Shown here one piece after another: positions 9,194 through 18,940 of a DNA stretch of 64,000 nt. The stretch covers positions 6,954 through 70,953 of the IMG/VR virus record IMGVR_UViG_3300006043_000050; one strand, 5' to 3'. Made by a program: the position numbers and the translations under genes. The first letter of the stretch is position 1. Each line of letters opens with the position of its first letter. The DNA is from a virus. Under the pieces are notes generated by a model. It was not told the DNA's origin and ran no database searches. It saw only the letters and a program-made list of their open reading frames with translations.

Positions 9194-11044
9194 TCAGCCT
9201 CTCCTGCCGTAGCCGCGGCGCTGAGACACCCCGACTTCTAGCTCGATATTGTCCACAGACGCATAACTCGCGTCGGTCAGTTCCAGGCGCACATTCCACG
9301 TCCGGCCGCTTACGCCTTTGGCCAGCACGGCCCTGCTCTGCGGCGATCCGCCAACCAGCTTGTAGATCCGTTCCGGCCCATCATCAGTGCACAGTCGCAG
9401 GAAGCACTCGCCGTCGGTGCGCACACCCACAAACGCCATGGCCATGCGCTTCTGGTGCGCGTCGCCGTAGTCGGACGCACCGAAGTCCACCAGGGCATTG
9501 ATCACCTCCCCTGTTTCGCCACCAAGGCGATACAGGCCATCCTTGCGCCAGGCATACGCATGGCCATCGTCATAGGTGAAGCCGAGGAAATCGAAGTCGC
9601 GATAGGTGGTCAGCGCGCCGGTCATGTAGTTGACGGCATACTGCAGCGCCTGTTGCTTGGCAGACTCAGCCTTGCTGAATACGGCCACGTTCTCATGCGC
9701 AAGCATTTCGATGATCCAGCCGATACTGGCCTGATCAGTGATCCCAACGGAGTCGACAGACGCCAATTCCAGCACCATGGTCAACGTCGCCTCGGCGCTG
9801 GCCACGCCGATCGACTCCATCGCGATCATGATCAGCGCGGTTTCCAGCACCGCCTCTTCATTCACGAATATGGCGTCGCTGCCGTCGCTTTCGCCTTCAG
9901 GCATGTACGGCTCGACGATGTTGGCGACCAGGCGAAGGGGAATTGTCACGTTGACACGGTTGAACGGAACCTCACCGATGGCCGCTATCATCGCCGGCAA
10001 GGTCGCCGAAAACTGGATATCGTTGCCCGTCTGCAGTTTCGCGGTGAAGATCGGAGGCGGCAGCACAGCCACCATGCTCGAAGGGATCTCTTCAATCGGC
10101 CCCAACGAGGCCTGGAACCGCAATGCAGACAGTTCGCCCTTCATCCATGCCACATCGGGTGCGTCGCTGATCGCGGCGACCATCGCGGGTAGCTGAGCCG
10201 AGAACTCGATAACGCCCCCGACGCGATCCAACTGCGCAGAGAACTGAAGCGCCGGCAGCCTGCCCAGCATCCAGCTCACGTCATCTACATCGCTGATCGC
10301 AGCAACCATGGCCGGTAGCGAAGCGGAAAACTCGATAGCCGGGATGGTCGACCCTATCTGCGGCGAATCGACGTAGTCGACAACGCTGTAGAGCACAACA
10401 CCGCCGTAGGCCTCTCCAGATGACAGCGCCGCAGATTGATAAACCTGCTCGTCATTGATCAGGTAGGTGACGACACCCAGGCTTCGCCTGATCTCGACAA
10501 CGGCGCCGGCCGGCAGTGTCGCCGGACCAAACACGGTCGCCCCGAACTCGACGATGCTGTATTCCTCGCGCCTGGCGACGATGCTATGCCGCATGCTCGA
10601 GTAGACGTGCTGGAAGGTCCGGCCAGACAGGCCAACCTGCACACCGATCGGCGATGGCGGCAGTGTGCAGCGAAAGTAGCCCTCGTTCGGTACCGGACTG
10701 ATCGTTCGACCGCCGCCATTCCAGCCGATGCTGTCGAACTGATCGATTCGAGCAGGCACCGCAGCGCGCCCAGGTACCGCCGGATAGCACACCTGCTCGG
10801 TACGCGTAACAGGCTTGAACGGCGAATAGCTGGTGCCGTAGCCGTTCGGATCACTGATGCCAGCCCAGCCAGCAGGTATCTGTCCGGTTGGTTGGTAGCT
10901 GCCCGAACTTGACCCAATGCCGAAATTCAGGCCACTGGAACTTCCTGAGACCTGACGGGTAATGCAATACGCTGGGCGCGTTGGCACGGCCGGCACAGCC
11001 GGCACGTATACCAAGCGTGGCGTCTTCTGCAGGCGGTTCGCCAT
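9194..11044 (-). CDS. Putative tail structural protein
   Basis: 616-aa ORF with repeated IEFSAxLPAMVAAI segments. Confidence 0.6.
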   Translation of the reverse strand: MANRLQKTPRLVYVPAVPAVPTRPAYCITRQVSGSSSGLNFGIGSSSGSYQPTGQIPAGWAGISDPNGYGTSYSPFKPVTRTEQVCYPAVPGRAAVPARIDQFDSIGWNGGGRTISPVPNEGYFRCTLPPSPIGVQVGLSGRTFQHVYSSMRHSIVARREEYSIVEFGATVFGPATLPAGAVVEIRRSLGVVTYLINDEQVYQSAALSSGEAYGGVVLYSVVDYVDSPQIGSTIPAIEFSASLPAMVAAISDVDDVSWMLGRLPALQFSAQLDRVGGVIEFSAQLPAMVAAISDAPDVAWMKGELSALRFQASLGPIEEIPSSMVAVLPPPIFTAKLQTGNDIQFSATLPAMIAAIGEVPFNRVNVTIPLRLVANIVEPYMPEGESDGSDAIFVNEEAVLETALIMIAMESIGVASAEATLTMVLELASVDSVGITDQASIGWIIEMLAHENVAVFSKAESAKQQALQYAVNYMTGALTTYRDFDFLGFTYDDGHAYAWRKDGLYRLGGETGEVINALVDFGASDYGDAHQKRMAMAFVGVRTDGECFLRLCTDDGPERIYKLVGGSPQSRAVLAKGVSGRTWNVRLELTDASYASVDNIELEVGVSQRRGYGRRG

Positions 11045-11047
11045 GGG

Positions 11048-11488
11048 TTATTGCTCAGGGATGGCCAGCTCGAACAGCGAGAACGATTGCGGCTGACCGT
11101 TCACCAGCGGCAGTTCTGCAATGTACATATCGCTGCCCAGCGGTCCAGCAGTACCCTGGAAGCGCACGGCAGATGCACTGGCATCACCAGCATCACCGTC
11201 CAGCACATATCGGAAGAAGGTCGGGCTGCCGTCCGCGACGTTGTTGCCGGTCCAGTTCTCCGAAACCGACTTCTTGAGAACGCCCAGCGGCGCTGCAGCT
11301 TCGAATGTCACAGGCGTTCCGTCGCCGCCAACGCTGATTTCGCAGAGCAGCGTAGCGCCGCCCAGCGCCGCGTCGGCATTGGCCGGCACAGATCCGGCAT
11401 AGATGCGGACCAGACCGCCATCTAGGGTCTCTTTCAGAGAACCGGTTACGGCAAGCGACACGCGCATGCCAGTGCTTTGCTTGATCAT
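11048..11488 (-). CDS. Putative virion structural protein
   Basis: 146 aa; LKETLDGGLVRIYAGSVPANADAA resembles small phage tail proteins. Confidence 0.6.
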   Translation of the reverse strand: MIKQSTGMRVSLAVTGSLKETLDGGLVRIYAGSVPANADAALGGATLLCEISVGGDGTPVTFEAAAPLGVLKKSVSENWTGNNVADGSPTFFRYVLDGDAGDASASAVRFQGTAGPLGSDMYIAELPLVNGQPQSFSLFELAIPEQ

Positions 11489-11497
11489 GATCGATCC

Positions 11498-12016
11498 TCA
11501 GAGAATATTGGTGGGGATGTAGGTCAGGCCAACCGAGAGCCGACCAGGGTGCTCAGGGCTGATCTTCTTCACGGTGCTGAATCGCACCACGGACAACAGC
11601 AGCCCACTGTTGGAGCCCTTCACCGGGTTGGAGACGATGAACGAGCCGTAGATATCGCGCTCAGCGGTAGCGGTGAACTCGGCCTTGGCGTCGGTGTTGT
11701 AGTAGCTGCCAGCATCGTTGTAGACGCGCAGCCATTCAGGACGGGTAGCCTCGGAGTACTCCGTGAACTCACCCAGCACGCTCGGAATATCGGCGGCGGT
11801 CATGCCCTCGGCCGGCAAGACGTTGTTGCGGAACAGGCCGCAATAGAAGCTAGGGATCGGCGCAACGTCGCCGAACGGCGCCTGGATCAGGAAGTCGATG
11901 CCAGCCTGCGGAATGCGGTTCAGCTTCACTTCCCGACTGATCACGATGCCGGTCTTCTTGTCGTAGATTTCCAGCTCATGCCGGAAACCGAGGATCTTCA
12001 GTACTTCGGTGCTCAT
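11498..12016 (-). CDS. Putative virion structural protein
   Basis: Start re-called at ATG 12016 (MSTEVLKILG), overlapping the upstream stop. Confidence 0.6.
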   Translation of the reverse strand: MSTEVLKILGFRHELEIYDKKTGIVISREVKLNRIPQAGIDFLIQAPFGDVAPIPSFYCGLFRNNVLPAEGMTAADIPSVLGEFTEYSEATRPEWLRVYNDAGSYYNTDAKAEFTATAERDIYGSFIVSNPVKGSNSGLLLSVVRFSTVKKISPEHPGRLSVGLTYIPTNIL

Positions 12017-13197
12017 AGGATCTCCAACTCTGCGAAGTCGCCCACGGCGAGGTTGTTGGGGCTCGGCGTGCCGTGCATGGTGGTGACGACCATCGGGATG
12101 CCATTGTTTTCGAGAACGCCAACAGCCCCCGCGCTGGTAAGATCCGGCGCGTAGGTCTGGCGATTGGGTAGGGAAACTTCTCCGGCTGCATTGCCGATCG
12201 CGAGGCCATATCGGGTGAACCATGCGACCCGGCCATCCGGCAGCCTGGCGGAACCTGGCACAGCCTGCAGGTCGAGCACGGCAACCTGGCTCGGTGCATT
12301 GGTGTCCAGGCCGGTGATGAAGTAGGTTTTGTCAGCGACCACGTACACGCCGCCTTCAGTCGGCGCGATCACTGTCGGTGGCTCTGGGTACTGGAAGAAC
12401 CCCGCTACGGGATCCATCAGGTGCGGATACATCGGCGACGTGAACACCACGCACCGCCCGCTCGCCCCCACCAGAACAGAGTGATAGGCCGCCAGGATCG
12501 AGCAGGCTGGCATCGGCACCAGGCCGATAGTGGTCAAAGTTACCGACTGATCATCGACCTTGGTGATCGCCATCGCGCCGCCGATCAGCAGCCCCTGGCT
12601 GTAGAGAGTCGAAGCGTTTGCAGGGCTGACGTAGACCCGAACCGATCGAGGATCACTGCTCAGCACGCGCAGCGCCTTACCTTCGCCCAGCCGCACAATC
12701 AACGGCTCGGCGCCGGACTCTTCACCATCCGCACCGAACGCCGTCACCGCCACCTTGTAGATGCCGGCCGGCAGCGCCCCGTCGATCACTTCAACGTCGA
12801 AGCCTGGCACAGACACAGCCCAAGGCTTCACCTCGCGACCATCAGTGCGCAGGCTGTCAAAGGTTCCACTCAGGTAGACCTGGCCGAAGAGCGCCGCACC
12901 GGACAGATCGCCGCCCCCAGTGATACTGCCAATAACCTTGGCGGAATCAGTCTGACGTGAGTAACACCCGATATCGCCTCCATCGACGTACACGACTCGC
13001 CCGGGCAGCGAGACAGCCAGGCGCATATCGTCAGCAGCCAGCACGCGCGCATGGCTCGCACGCATTTCAAGCTGGCCGCCCTCGGTTGGGTCGAGGTTCA
13101 CCAGCTCACGTACGAAACCCGCAGGCAAGCGCTCAGGCTTGGCGATGTTGTTCGCGCCCTTGGCCCAGTTGTCGGTGCGGGTAGTTGGGGCTGGCAT
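12013..13197 (-). CDS. Putative tail (tube/nozzle-like) structural protein
   Basis: 394 aa, beta-rich; first gene after late-promoter copy C. Confidence 0.55.
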   Translation of the reverse strand: MPAPTTRTDNWAKGANNIAKPERLPAGFVRELVNLDPTEGGQLEMRASHARVLAADDMRLAVSLPGRVVYVDGGDIGCYSRQTDSAKVIGSITGGGDLSGAALFGQVYLSGTFDSLRTDGREVKPWAVSVPGFDVEVIDGALPAGIYKVAVTAFGADGEESGAEPLIVRLGEGKALRVLSSDPRSVRVYVSPANASTLYSQGLLIGGAMAITKVDDQSVTLTTIGLVPMPACSILAAYHSVLVGASGRCVVFTSPMYPHLMDPVAGFFQYPEPPTVIAPTEGGVYVVADKTYFITGLDTNAPSQVAVLDLQAVPGSARLPDGRVAWFTRYGLAIGNAAGEVSLPNRQTYAPDLTSAGAVGVLENNGIPMVVTTMHGTPSPNNLAVGDFAELEIL

Positions 13198-13228
13198 GCA
13201 GCAGACTCAGGTCGGTTTCGATGACCAA

Positions 13229-13272
13229 AGTCTGCTTTCAAGGTCGAGTCCGGAGCGAACCCTACAGGGGGT
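13229..13272 (-). promoter_or_regulatory. Phage late-promoter motif, copy C
   Basis: ACCCCCTGTAGGGTT (13258-13272), then CAGACT 23 nt downstream. Confidence 0.78.
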
Positions 13273-13335
13273 CAGATGGCACGACAGCCTGTCCGAGCCT
13301 ATAGTGGCGGTCTGTCAGCATAAGGAGGTTCTACA

Positions 13336-13776
13336 TTGGACGCTTTTAAGATCACCAACACGCCGTCATTCAAGTCGCTCTTCACAAACATCGACGACGG
13401 CCACTACGTAATGAAGGACGCAGTTCGCCGGCACCTTGAGCGCTGGCAAGATATCGCTCGCCACTACAACCTTCGATTTGAACTTGAGGCTAGTCAGCAG
13501 TTGAGCGGCACAGGGCAAATAATCGGCAAGTCATTTACAGTCATCTCTGACTTCAAGCTCAACGGACCTGCCGTGAGCGCAGAAATACTAATCCTTGGTG
13601 CTGACTTACTCACTGGAAAACAGGTACTTATCGACTCCTATCTGATCAACTCAGACCGACAGATACTTTCCAGCATCACACACAAAGTCATTCCGTTCAA
13701 AGACACATCGGTAAATGAACATCAGGCTATCTGCGAAGCATTTCATGCGGTCGCCGAACACGGCAGGATTAAGTAG
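13336..13776 (+). CDS. Hypothetical moron protein (opposite strand, lower GC)
   Basis: TTG start after AGGAGG; TATAGT at 13300-13305 upstream; hairpin GCCCTCAC-TTCT-GTGAGGGC downstream. Confidence 0.7.
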   Translation: MDAFKITNTPSFKSLFTNIDDGHYVMKDAVRRHLERWQDIARHYNLRFELEASQQLSGTGQIIGKSFTVISDFKLNGPAVSAEILILGADLLTGKQVLIDSYLINSDRQILSSITHKVIPFKDTSVNEHQAICEAFHAVAEHGRIK

Positions 13777-13842
13777 CCTTGTTGCCCTCACTTCTGTGAG
13801 GGCTACGGAATGTCACTAGATTGGCCATGTAAAGCGTTGCCA

Positions 13843-14463
13843 CTATGGCACGCTCCAAGCAGTGAATCCGTCAGGAATAGGGTATGAGAACTCGGCAGCT
13901 GTTCCCCTTATAGTGACGCTTGCGGTTCCCGCGTTCGCTGCGACCGCTGGACGAACTGCTTCTGCAATCCCTGTGAAGGCTGCGGTAGCGCCAGCACCTG
14001 GCGAGCCCCCTCCCACCCAACTCCCATTCACAGAAAACCACAGCTCACCTGTCGAGAAGTCAACGGCGATTCCTATAACAGACCCGTTACCCCACCCGAC
14101 TTGGTATGCGGAGTTGGCCGAGCTGAATCGAACTGTTCCGCTGCGCAGCAAAGCCCAACTGCTAGAACCTGAACCCGGGAGGTTTGTAAGCGTCGGGCCG
14201 AATCCCACCCCACACACATGAATAGACGGGTCGTACGCGTTTGTTCCACCAGCCCCCGAATTGAGTCCGACTTCGCAGTACTTTCTGCCGCTTGATCGGT
14301 ACAAGGTGCTGGCGAGGTTCTGCACACCGCTGCCGCCTCGCGTAGCAGTTTTCTGACCACCAGCAACAGACCAACCAGCGGTCTTCTCCGTAGTACTCCA
14401 TAAAAGAGGGTCAATAGGCTCTACCGTATGGCGCCGCTGCGCGAGAATCCCCGGGTTGCTCAT
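13843..14463 (-). CDS. SPRY/B30.2-like domain protein, tail-fibre associated
   Basis: GRKYCEV...GSVIGIAVDFSTGELWFSVNG is a typical SPRY pattern. Confidence 0.7.
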   Translation of the reverse strand: MSNPGILAQRRHTVEPIDPLLWSTTEKTAGWSVAGGQKTATRGGSGVQNLASTLYRSSGRKYCEVGLNSGAGGTNAYDPSIHVCGVGFGPTLTNLPGSGSSSWALLRSGTVRFSSANSAYQVGWGNGSVIGIAVDFSTGELWFSVNGSWVGGGSPGAGATAAFTGIAEAVRPAVAANAGTASVTIRGTAAEFSYPIPDGFTAWSVP

Positions 14464-15929
14464 GCTGCCGTCATCCTACCGGCCATCCACCACGTATTGC
14501 TTCCAGTGCGCAGCAGAGTCGCGGCCGAACCTACACCATCCAATACGTTTGTATCTGCAGCGTTATAGGTCACTGAAAACCCTTCACCCGTAACGGTCAC
14601 TGCACCAGCACCGACCTGCAGCACGTAAAACTCCGGCAACACTCCACTGACAGCCCAGCTTGCCGTTGCCTCTGCGCCGATAGTCAGCGTAATTGGCGTT
14701 GCGCTGTCGCACAGCAGCCACTTCCCGGCGTCGGAAGGGGTGACTGCGCCGCTTGCCGTGATGGTTCGAGACGGCCTCCCAGCAAGCGCGGCCTTGGCAT
14801 TGAGCGCAGCCTGCAGATCGGTCTGATCCGAGAGGGTGCCGGCCAGATCCCCCCACGCAGTACCAATACTTAGGTTTCCGCCTCCGAGCAGGCTGCTACC
14901 GTTAATGCTCTTGATGTTAGTACCGCTGACCAAGGTGTCCTGCTTGCCGCTCACCGTAGCGATCAGGTCGGTGATCTGTTTTTGCAGCTTACCGAACGCC
15001 ACCAGCACACTGTCGGAACTGGTAATCGCGGTACCGGTGGCCAGGCTCAGGCCACTGAGTACGGTGGCCAGGACGCGCGCAGCGGTGTGGTAGAGGTTGG
15101 TCGAGCCCTCAGTCAGGCTGTCGGTGTTGGCGTTCGCCGTGGCGCCAGCCGCGATGCCTGCCAGCTTCGACTTCTCCGCATCGGTGTAGGCGTTAGTGTC
15201 TGGGTTGCTCTCGTAGAGCACCTTGACCTGGGCGGCAGTGATGGGGTCAGCGCTGCCAGCCTGGGCGACCCATTCGCCGTCGCTTTCGTCCCAGATATAG
15301 CGCTGCACTGGATCGCCAGCGCCCGCGTCTACGTCGGCGTAGTCGCCTTCTTCAGCAGTTGGCAGGGCCGTCTGCAGCGCGGTGAAGTTGATAAACGTGC
15401 CACGGTAGTGGCTGCCTTCCAATCCCGCCAGCTTGGCCTTCTCGGCCGCGGTGAAGTTCTCCTGGCTCAGCCCGTAGCCGGCGACCTTGTCGACCTTCAG
15501 GTCTAGCTGCACAGATAGCGCACCAGGCTGAACGGCGGTATCAGCCAGAGCACCTTGCGCTTCGGTTGCGGCGCCGATATCACCTGGCGTCTCAGGTATA
15601 AACGGCTTCCCAGCAAGATCGCCATAAGCGCCGGAGAGTGCTACGGCAGAAAAGATTGGCAGCCCTGACAGATCGGTGTAGTTGCCGCTCAGCGCCACGG
15701 CGGAAAGGCTGGCAGCGTTCGCCGGGGTGTACGCCAGTGCAGCGGTCACATCAGAGCCGGTCAGCGACACCACGCCAGTGCGCCCGTTGAAGCTGCTCAC
15801 GCCAGCACCACCGCCGCCACCAGTACCAGGCACGCCGCGCAGTCCGGCAAGCACGACAACCGGAGTTCTGCGCGGCGCAGCACCCAAGACAATGGGCTTG
15901 GCTACCTGTCCGGCGCCGATCACCTTCAT
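14460..15929 (-). CDS. Tail fibre protein
   Basis: 489 aa; VSSFNGRTGVVSL, LSAVALSG repeats, AITSSDSVLVAFGKLQKQI and TNIKSINGSSLLG fibre motifs. Confidence 0.75.
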   Translation of the reverse strand: MKVIGAGQVAKPIVLGAAPRRTPVVVLAGLRGVPGTGGGGGAGVSSFNGRTGVVSLTGSDVTAALAYTPANAASLSAVALSGNYTDLSGLPIFSAVALSGAYGDLAGKPFIPETPGDIGAATEAQGALADTAVQPGALSVQLDLKVDKVAGYGLSQENFTAAEKAKLAGLEGSHYRGTFINFTALQTALPTAEEGDYADVDAGAGDPVQRYIWDESDGEWVAQAGSADPITAAQVKVLYESNPDTNAYTDAEKSKLAGIAAGATANANTDSLTEGSTNLYHTAARVLATVLSGLSLATGTAITSSDSVLVAFGKLQKQITDLIATVSGKQDTLVSGTNIKSINGSSLLGGGNLSIGTAWGDLAGTLSDQTDLQAALNAKAALAGRPSRTITASGAVTPSDAGKWLLCDSATPITLTIGAEATASWAVSGVLPEFYVLQVGAGAVTVTGEGFSVTYNAADTNVLDGVGSAATLLRTGSNTWWMAGRMTAA

Positions 15930-16531
15930 GCAGTCACCTCGTCAGCAACCTCGATATCGCTGATCGCCGTCAGCGGGTAGATCTGGCCGCCCGGGGCGAT
16001 CGCTTCCACGTCGTACTTGCCGCGCTTCCACTCCAGCGCGGCAGCAGTGGCGGCATCCATCTTGAGCACGAACGCGCTATGCGCCAGGTCGACCTCGATC
16101 TCCCCATCCGGGCTCTCGGCCGGGTCGCTGTGCCAGGTGAACAGCACGGTACCGCCTGGCTTGTCACGCACCTGGGCGCGGCAATTCCAGCCCGTCAGAT
16201 CCATGGGCTTGTTCAGCACCAGCAGGCCCGAGCCGCTGAACGCCTTCCAGCAATGCGCGTTCAGAGCGTTGAGCTCGACGGTGTCGGCGTCCACCAGCTT
16301 GACGATCTGGCTTTCGTCATCCGGCGTGTTGAGCTCGGCCGGCGCCTTCACACAGGTAACACGCACCGGCCAACCATCCGGCACGTTATGCCCTACCACC
16401 GTCAGCCGCACCGGGGCAGTGCTCGGCATGCCAGTGATCGGCAGATACAGCAGCTCGTCCTCGGCGTACAGGAAGCCGAACTCGAACGTCTTGCCACGCT
16501 GGATGGTGATGGGGATTTCAGGCGCCGACAT
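15926..16531 (-). CDS. Hypothetical virion-associated protein
   Basis: 201-aa ORF coupled to the tail fibre gene. Confidence 0.6.
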   Translation of the reverse strand: MSAPEIPITIQRGKTFEFGFLYAEDELLYLPITGMPSTAPVRLTVVGHNVPDGWPVRVTCVKAPAELNTPDDESQIVKLVDADTVELNALNAHCWKAFSGSGLLVLNKPMDLTGWNCRAQVRDKPGGTVLFTWHSDPAESPDGEIEVDLAHSAFVLKMDAATAAALEWKRGKYDVEAIAPGGQIYPLTAISDIEVADEVTA

Positions 16532-16541
16532 GCCAGTCTCC

Positions 16542-16925
16542 TTACTCGCCGCTCAGGCGTTCCTTGAGGGCGTAGCCCATGAGCGGCCAGACCTTGGCCA
16601 CGGCATTTTCTCGGGCGATCTTGCGGCCGATCTCAGCATCGAAGTTCTCCGGGCTGGCACAGGCCGACTCGCCGGTTACGGTGAAGCCGTTGCGCAGCAC
16701 CAGAACGCAGAAGGTCAGCAGGTGAAGGGCATCAGGGGTCTGACGGGAAGCCGCAGCGTTGAGCGCGCCACCAGAGAATGCTGCATCCTCGACAGCCTTG
16801 CGATCGCCCTGGCCGGCGGTGAAGTAGTGCTCGCTGACGATGTTTGCCTGCAGGTCTGCTGGAGTAATGCGCGGCGCGGTCAGGCCTTTGGCCTGGATTT
16901 CCTGCTCGATTGCTTGGTCGCTCAT
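16542..16925 (-). CDS. Gp49 family protein (N4 Gp49 / Sf6 gp66-like)
   Basis: LTFCVLVLRNGFTVTGESACASPENFDAEIGRKIARENA signature; start ATG 16925. Confidence 0.85.
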   Translation of the reverse strand: MSDQAIEQEIQAKGLTAPRITPADLQANIVSEHYFTAGQGDRKAVEDAAFSGGALNAAASRQTPDALHLLTFCVLVLRNGFTVTGESACASPENFDAEIGRKIARENAVAKVWPLMGYALKERLSGE

Positions 16926-17416
16926 TGTGGTGCTCCGATGATCTTGCACTGCCTGTGCAGGGATACGAGCTGCTCCTGCAGCTTCAGGATTTGGTCGCGC
17001 TGGACTTCGAGGCCGGCAACGAGGGCTGGATAAGCTCGTTCAGCAGCGGCTGTAAGTCTTGGGGCTCCTGCATCAGGCTCGCCGGCAGCGGTGGTGGCTC
17101 CGTCCACTCGCACTGCGGGGCAGGTGGCAGCGACTCGCAGCCCGCAATTACCGTCAGCGAGGCAGAGATGCAGAGAATCGGCACGGTCTTCAGCACGTTG
17201 TTTCCCCTTCAAGAAAGCGTCTTCGCGCGCAGCCTGGTCGGTAGCTACCTGGCGCTGCAGACGGTTGGTGTTGCGCAGCGACTGGACCGACGCAGCGTGC
17301 TGCTTGGCCAGGGTGACGGCGTTGTCACGCTCGAGCGCCACGGTATCGAGGCGCAGATAGAGCATCGCCAGGGCAATGGCCAGGCCGGCGCAGGCGGCGA
17401 CTAGGGCGCGGATCAC
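16922..17416 (-). CDS. Rz: Inner-membrane spanin (Rz-like)
   Basis: GTG 17416 overlaps the endolysin stop; N-terminal TM, coiled coil, and the C-terminal AGEPDAGAPRLTAAAERAY motif. Confidence 0.85.
   Translation of the reverse strand: MIRALVAACAGLAIALAMLYLRLDTVALERDNAVTLAKQHAASVQSLRNTNRLQRQVATDQAAREDAFLKGKQRAEDRADSLHLCLADGNCGLRVAATCPAVRVDGATTAAGEPDAGAPRLTAAAERAYPALVAGLEVQRDQILKLQEQLVSLHRQCKIIGAPQ
16984..17196 (-). CDS. Rz1: Outer-membrane spanin lipoprotein (Rz1-like), embedded in Rz
   Basis: Lipobox VIAG-C followed by a Pro-rich mature chain, in an alternative frame inside Rz. Confidence 0.8.
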   Translation of the reverse strand: MLKTVPILCISASLTVIAGCESLPPAPQCEWTEPPPLPASLMQEPQDLQPLLNELIQPSLPASKSSATKS

Positions 17417-17967
17417 TGGACGCTCCAGCACTTGGCGTGGCGCTCAAGCTGGCGGGTCCACACGCCCCAGCAGCGCTGGTTGGGCTTGCCGTTGACCACG
17501 GTTGAACAGTCGTAACCTGCAGCACGCCGCCACTTCAGCAGCGCGTCGCAGGCCTTCGGGTACTCGCCAGCCAGCAGATGGCGGCGCATAGAGGACGATC
17601 GCCAGTTGCCAATGCCGTACTGGCCGGTGAAGTCGAGGTAGAGGTCGTATTCCTCTTGGAACAGCTTCACACCCGGCAGCGAGGCCTGGAATCGACGCTC
17701 TTCCTCGTCGTGCAGCGCCCTGGCCAGTTGCTGGGCGCGCTCGCGGGTGATGGGAGGATCTGCCAGGGTGACGCGCGTGCCGTCCTCGTAGCGGGTCGAA
17801 CCGTGGCCAATGGTCGGCACGTCGCCCTTTGTCGGGATGTGCGGTGCAAGCATCTCGACGCCATCCTTCTGCACCACCGGGCTTTCGCCCTCGCTCTTGA
17901 TCCAGGCGCCGAAGCCGGCCAGGCTGAGCGTCAGCGCCGTGACGGCAATTCGGTTGCGGATGCTCAT
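17413..17967 (-). CDS. SAR-type endolysin, GH24 lysozyme
   Basis: Weakly hydrophobic N-terminal anchor, then SEG...GDVPTIGHGST catalytic region and GLxxRR-like C-terminal region. Confidence 0.88.
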   Translation of the reverse strand: MSIRNRIAVTALTLSLAGFGAWIKSEGESPVVQKDGVEMLAPHIPTKGDVPTIGHGSTRYEDGTRVTLADPPITRERAQQLARALHDEEERRFQASLPGVKLFQEEYDLYLDFTGQYGIGNWRSSSMRRHLLAGEYPKACDALLKWRRAAGYDCSTVVNGKPNQRCWGVWTRQLERHAKCWSVQ

Positions 17968-18203
17968 TGCTCTGGACTCACGCCGCCGGCCAACTGCTTG
18001 GCTACGCGCCGCTTCTCACGCCAGACAGAAAACTGATCGCGGTACTTGAATAGCAGCAGGCCGATCTGAAGAACGAGATAAAGGATCGTCAACGCCGTGA
18101 TCCACTCGGCCGGCGACATGCCGAACCACATAGACCCAGCCACAACAACTGGAGGCGCCGCCTTAACTGCTTCGAGAGTCGTATCCTGCGCTGCCTGGTT
18201 CAT
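17964..18203 (-). CDS. Holin
   Basis: About 79 aa with hydrophobic segments and a basic C-terminus, immediately upstream of the endolysin. Confidence 0.75.
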   Translation of the reverse strand: MNQAAQDTTLEAVKAAPPVVVAGSMWFGMSPAEWITALTILYLVLQIGLLLFKYRDQFSVWREKRRVAKQLAGGVSPEQ

Positions 18204-18241
18204 TCCATAGGTTCCCGTGCTGAACAATCTGCGTTGACGGG

Positions 18242-18284
18242 ATGCTATGAAGCGGAACGAACAGTGGCGAACCCTACAGGGGGT
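18242..18284 (-). promoter_or_regulatory. Phage late-promoter motif, copy D (lysis operon)
   Basis: ACCCCCTGTAGGGTT (18270-18284), then TAGCAT 22 nt downstream. Confidence 0.78.
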
Positions 18285-18940
18285 CAGGGCCAGGCTTTGT
18301 TGTGGTGCTCAACGTCCTGGCGGGTGATGCGGCGCAGGTCGCAGTCGGGGCGCTCGCCGAAATAGGCAGTGAATGCAGCCAGGGCGGCGTCGGCGCGGCC
18401 GAGGTCCAGCGTCTCGCTATCTGGCACACTGAAGGCGCGATGCAGCGCCCAGTTCACCAGATGCCGGTGATGGGCCGCGCTGATCTCTGGCTTCGACGTC
18501 TTTTCAGCGGTGAGGCCTCGAACAGGCAGGCGGTATCCTTCCAGTTTGAGCGTGCCACCCAGGCGCGGTGTCGGTACCAGGCGGATGCTGGTGTCGCTCT
18601 GGATGGCGAAGCGCGGAATGTCGGAGCGATCGCGCCAACCTGACATGTTGTCATCCAGCCACTCGCGCGAAACTAGCTTGAGCGGGCAACGCTCGGTAGA
18701 ACCTGCCTCAAGCAGGCCCAGGTGATCGATCTCGTACAGCGCCTGGCTCAGCGGGTAAACGGATTCACCTGCAGCGATATCGACCTCGAAACTCGAATCA
18801 TGCAGCAGGCGCCCGCGAATGCAGGCCTCCTGCTCTGCCTCAATGAGCCAACGCGCAACGTCAGACTGATCGAACAGGTATGGCGCCACCGTGTCCTGAG
18901 CAGTGGTCCTGAAGTCCTTGGTCAGCTCGTCGAGGGTCAT
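18284..18940 (-). CDS. Putative head-tail adaptor protein
   Basis: 218 aa downstream of the capsid genes; MTLDELTKDFRTTAQD...HHRHLVNWALHRAFS resembles podovirus adaptors. Confidence 0.6.
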   Translation of the reverse strand: MTLDELTKDFRTTAQDTVAPYLFDQSDVARWLIEAEQEACIRGRLLHDSSFEVDIAAGESVYPLSQALYEIDHLGLLEAGSTERCPLKLVSREWLDDNMSGWRDRSDIPRFAIQSDTSIRLVPTPRLGGTLKLEGYRLPVRGLTAEKTSKPEISAAHHRHLVNWALHRAFSVPDSETLDLGRADAALAAFTAYFGERPDCDLRRITRQDVEHHNKAWP

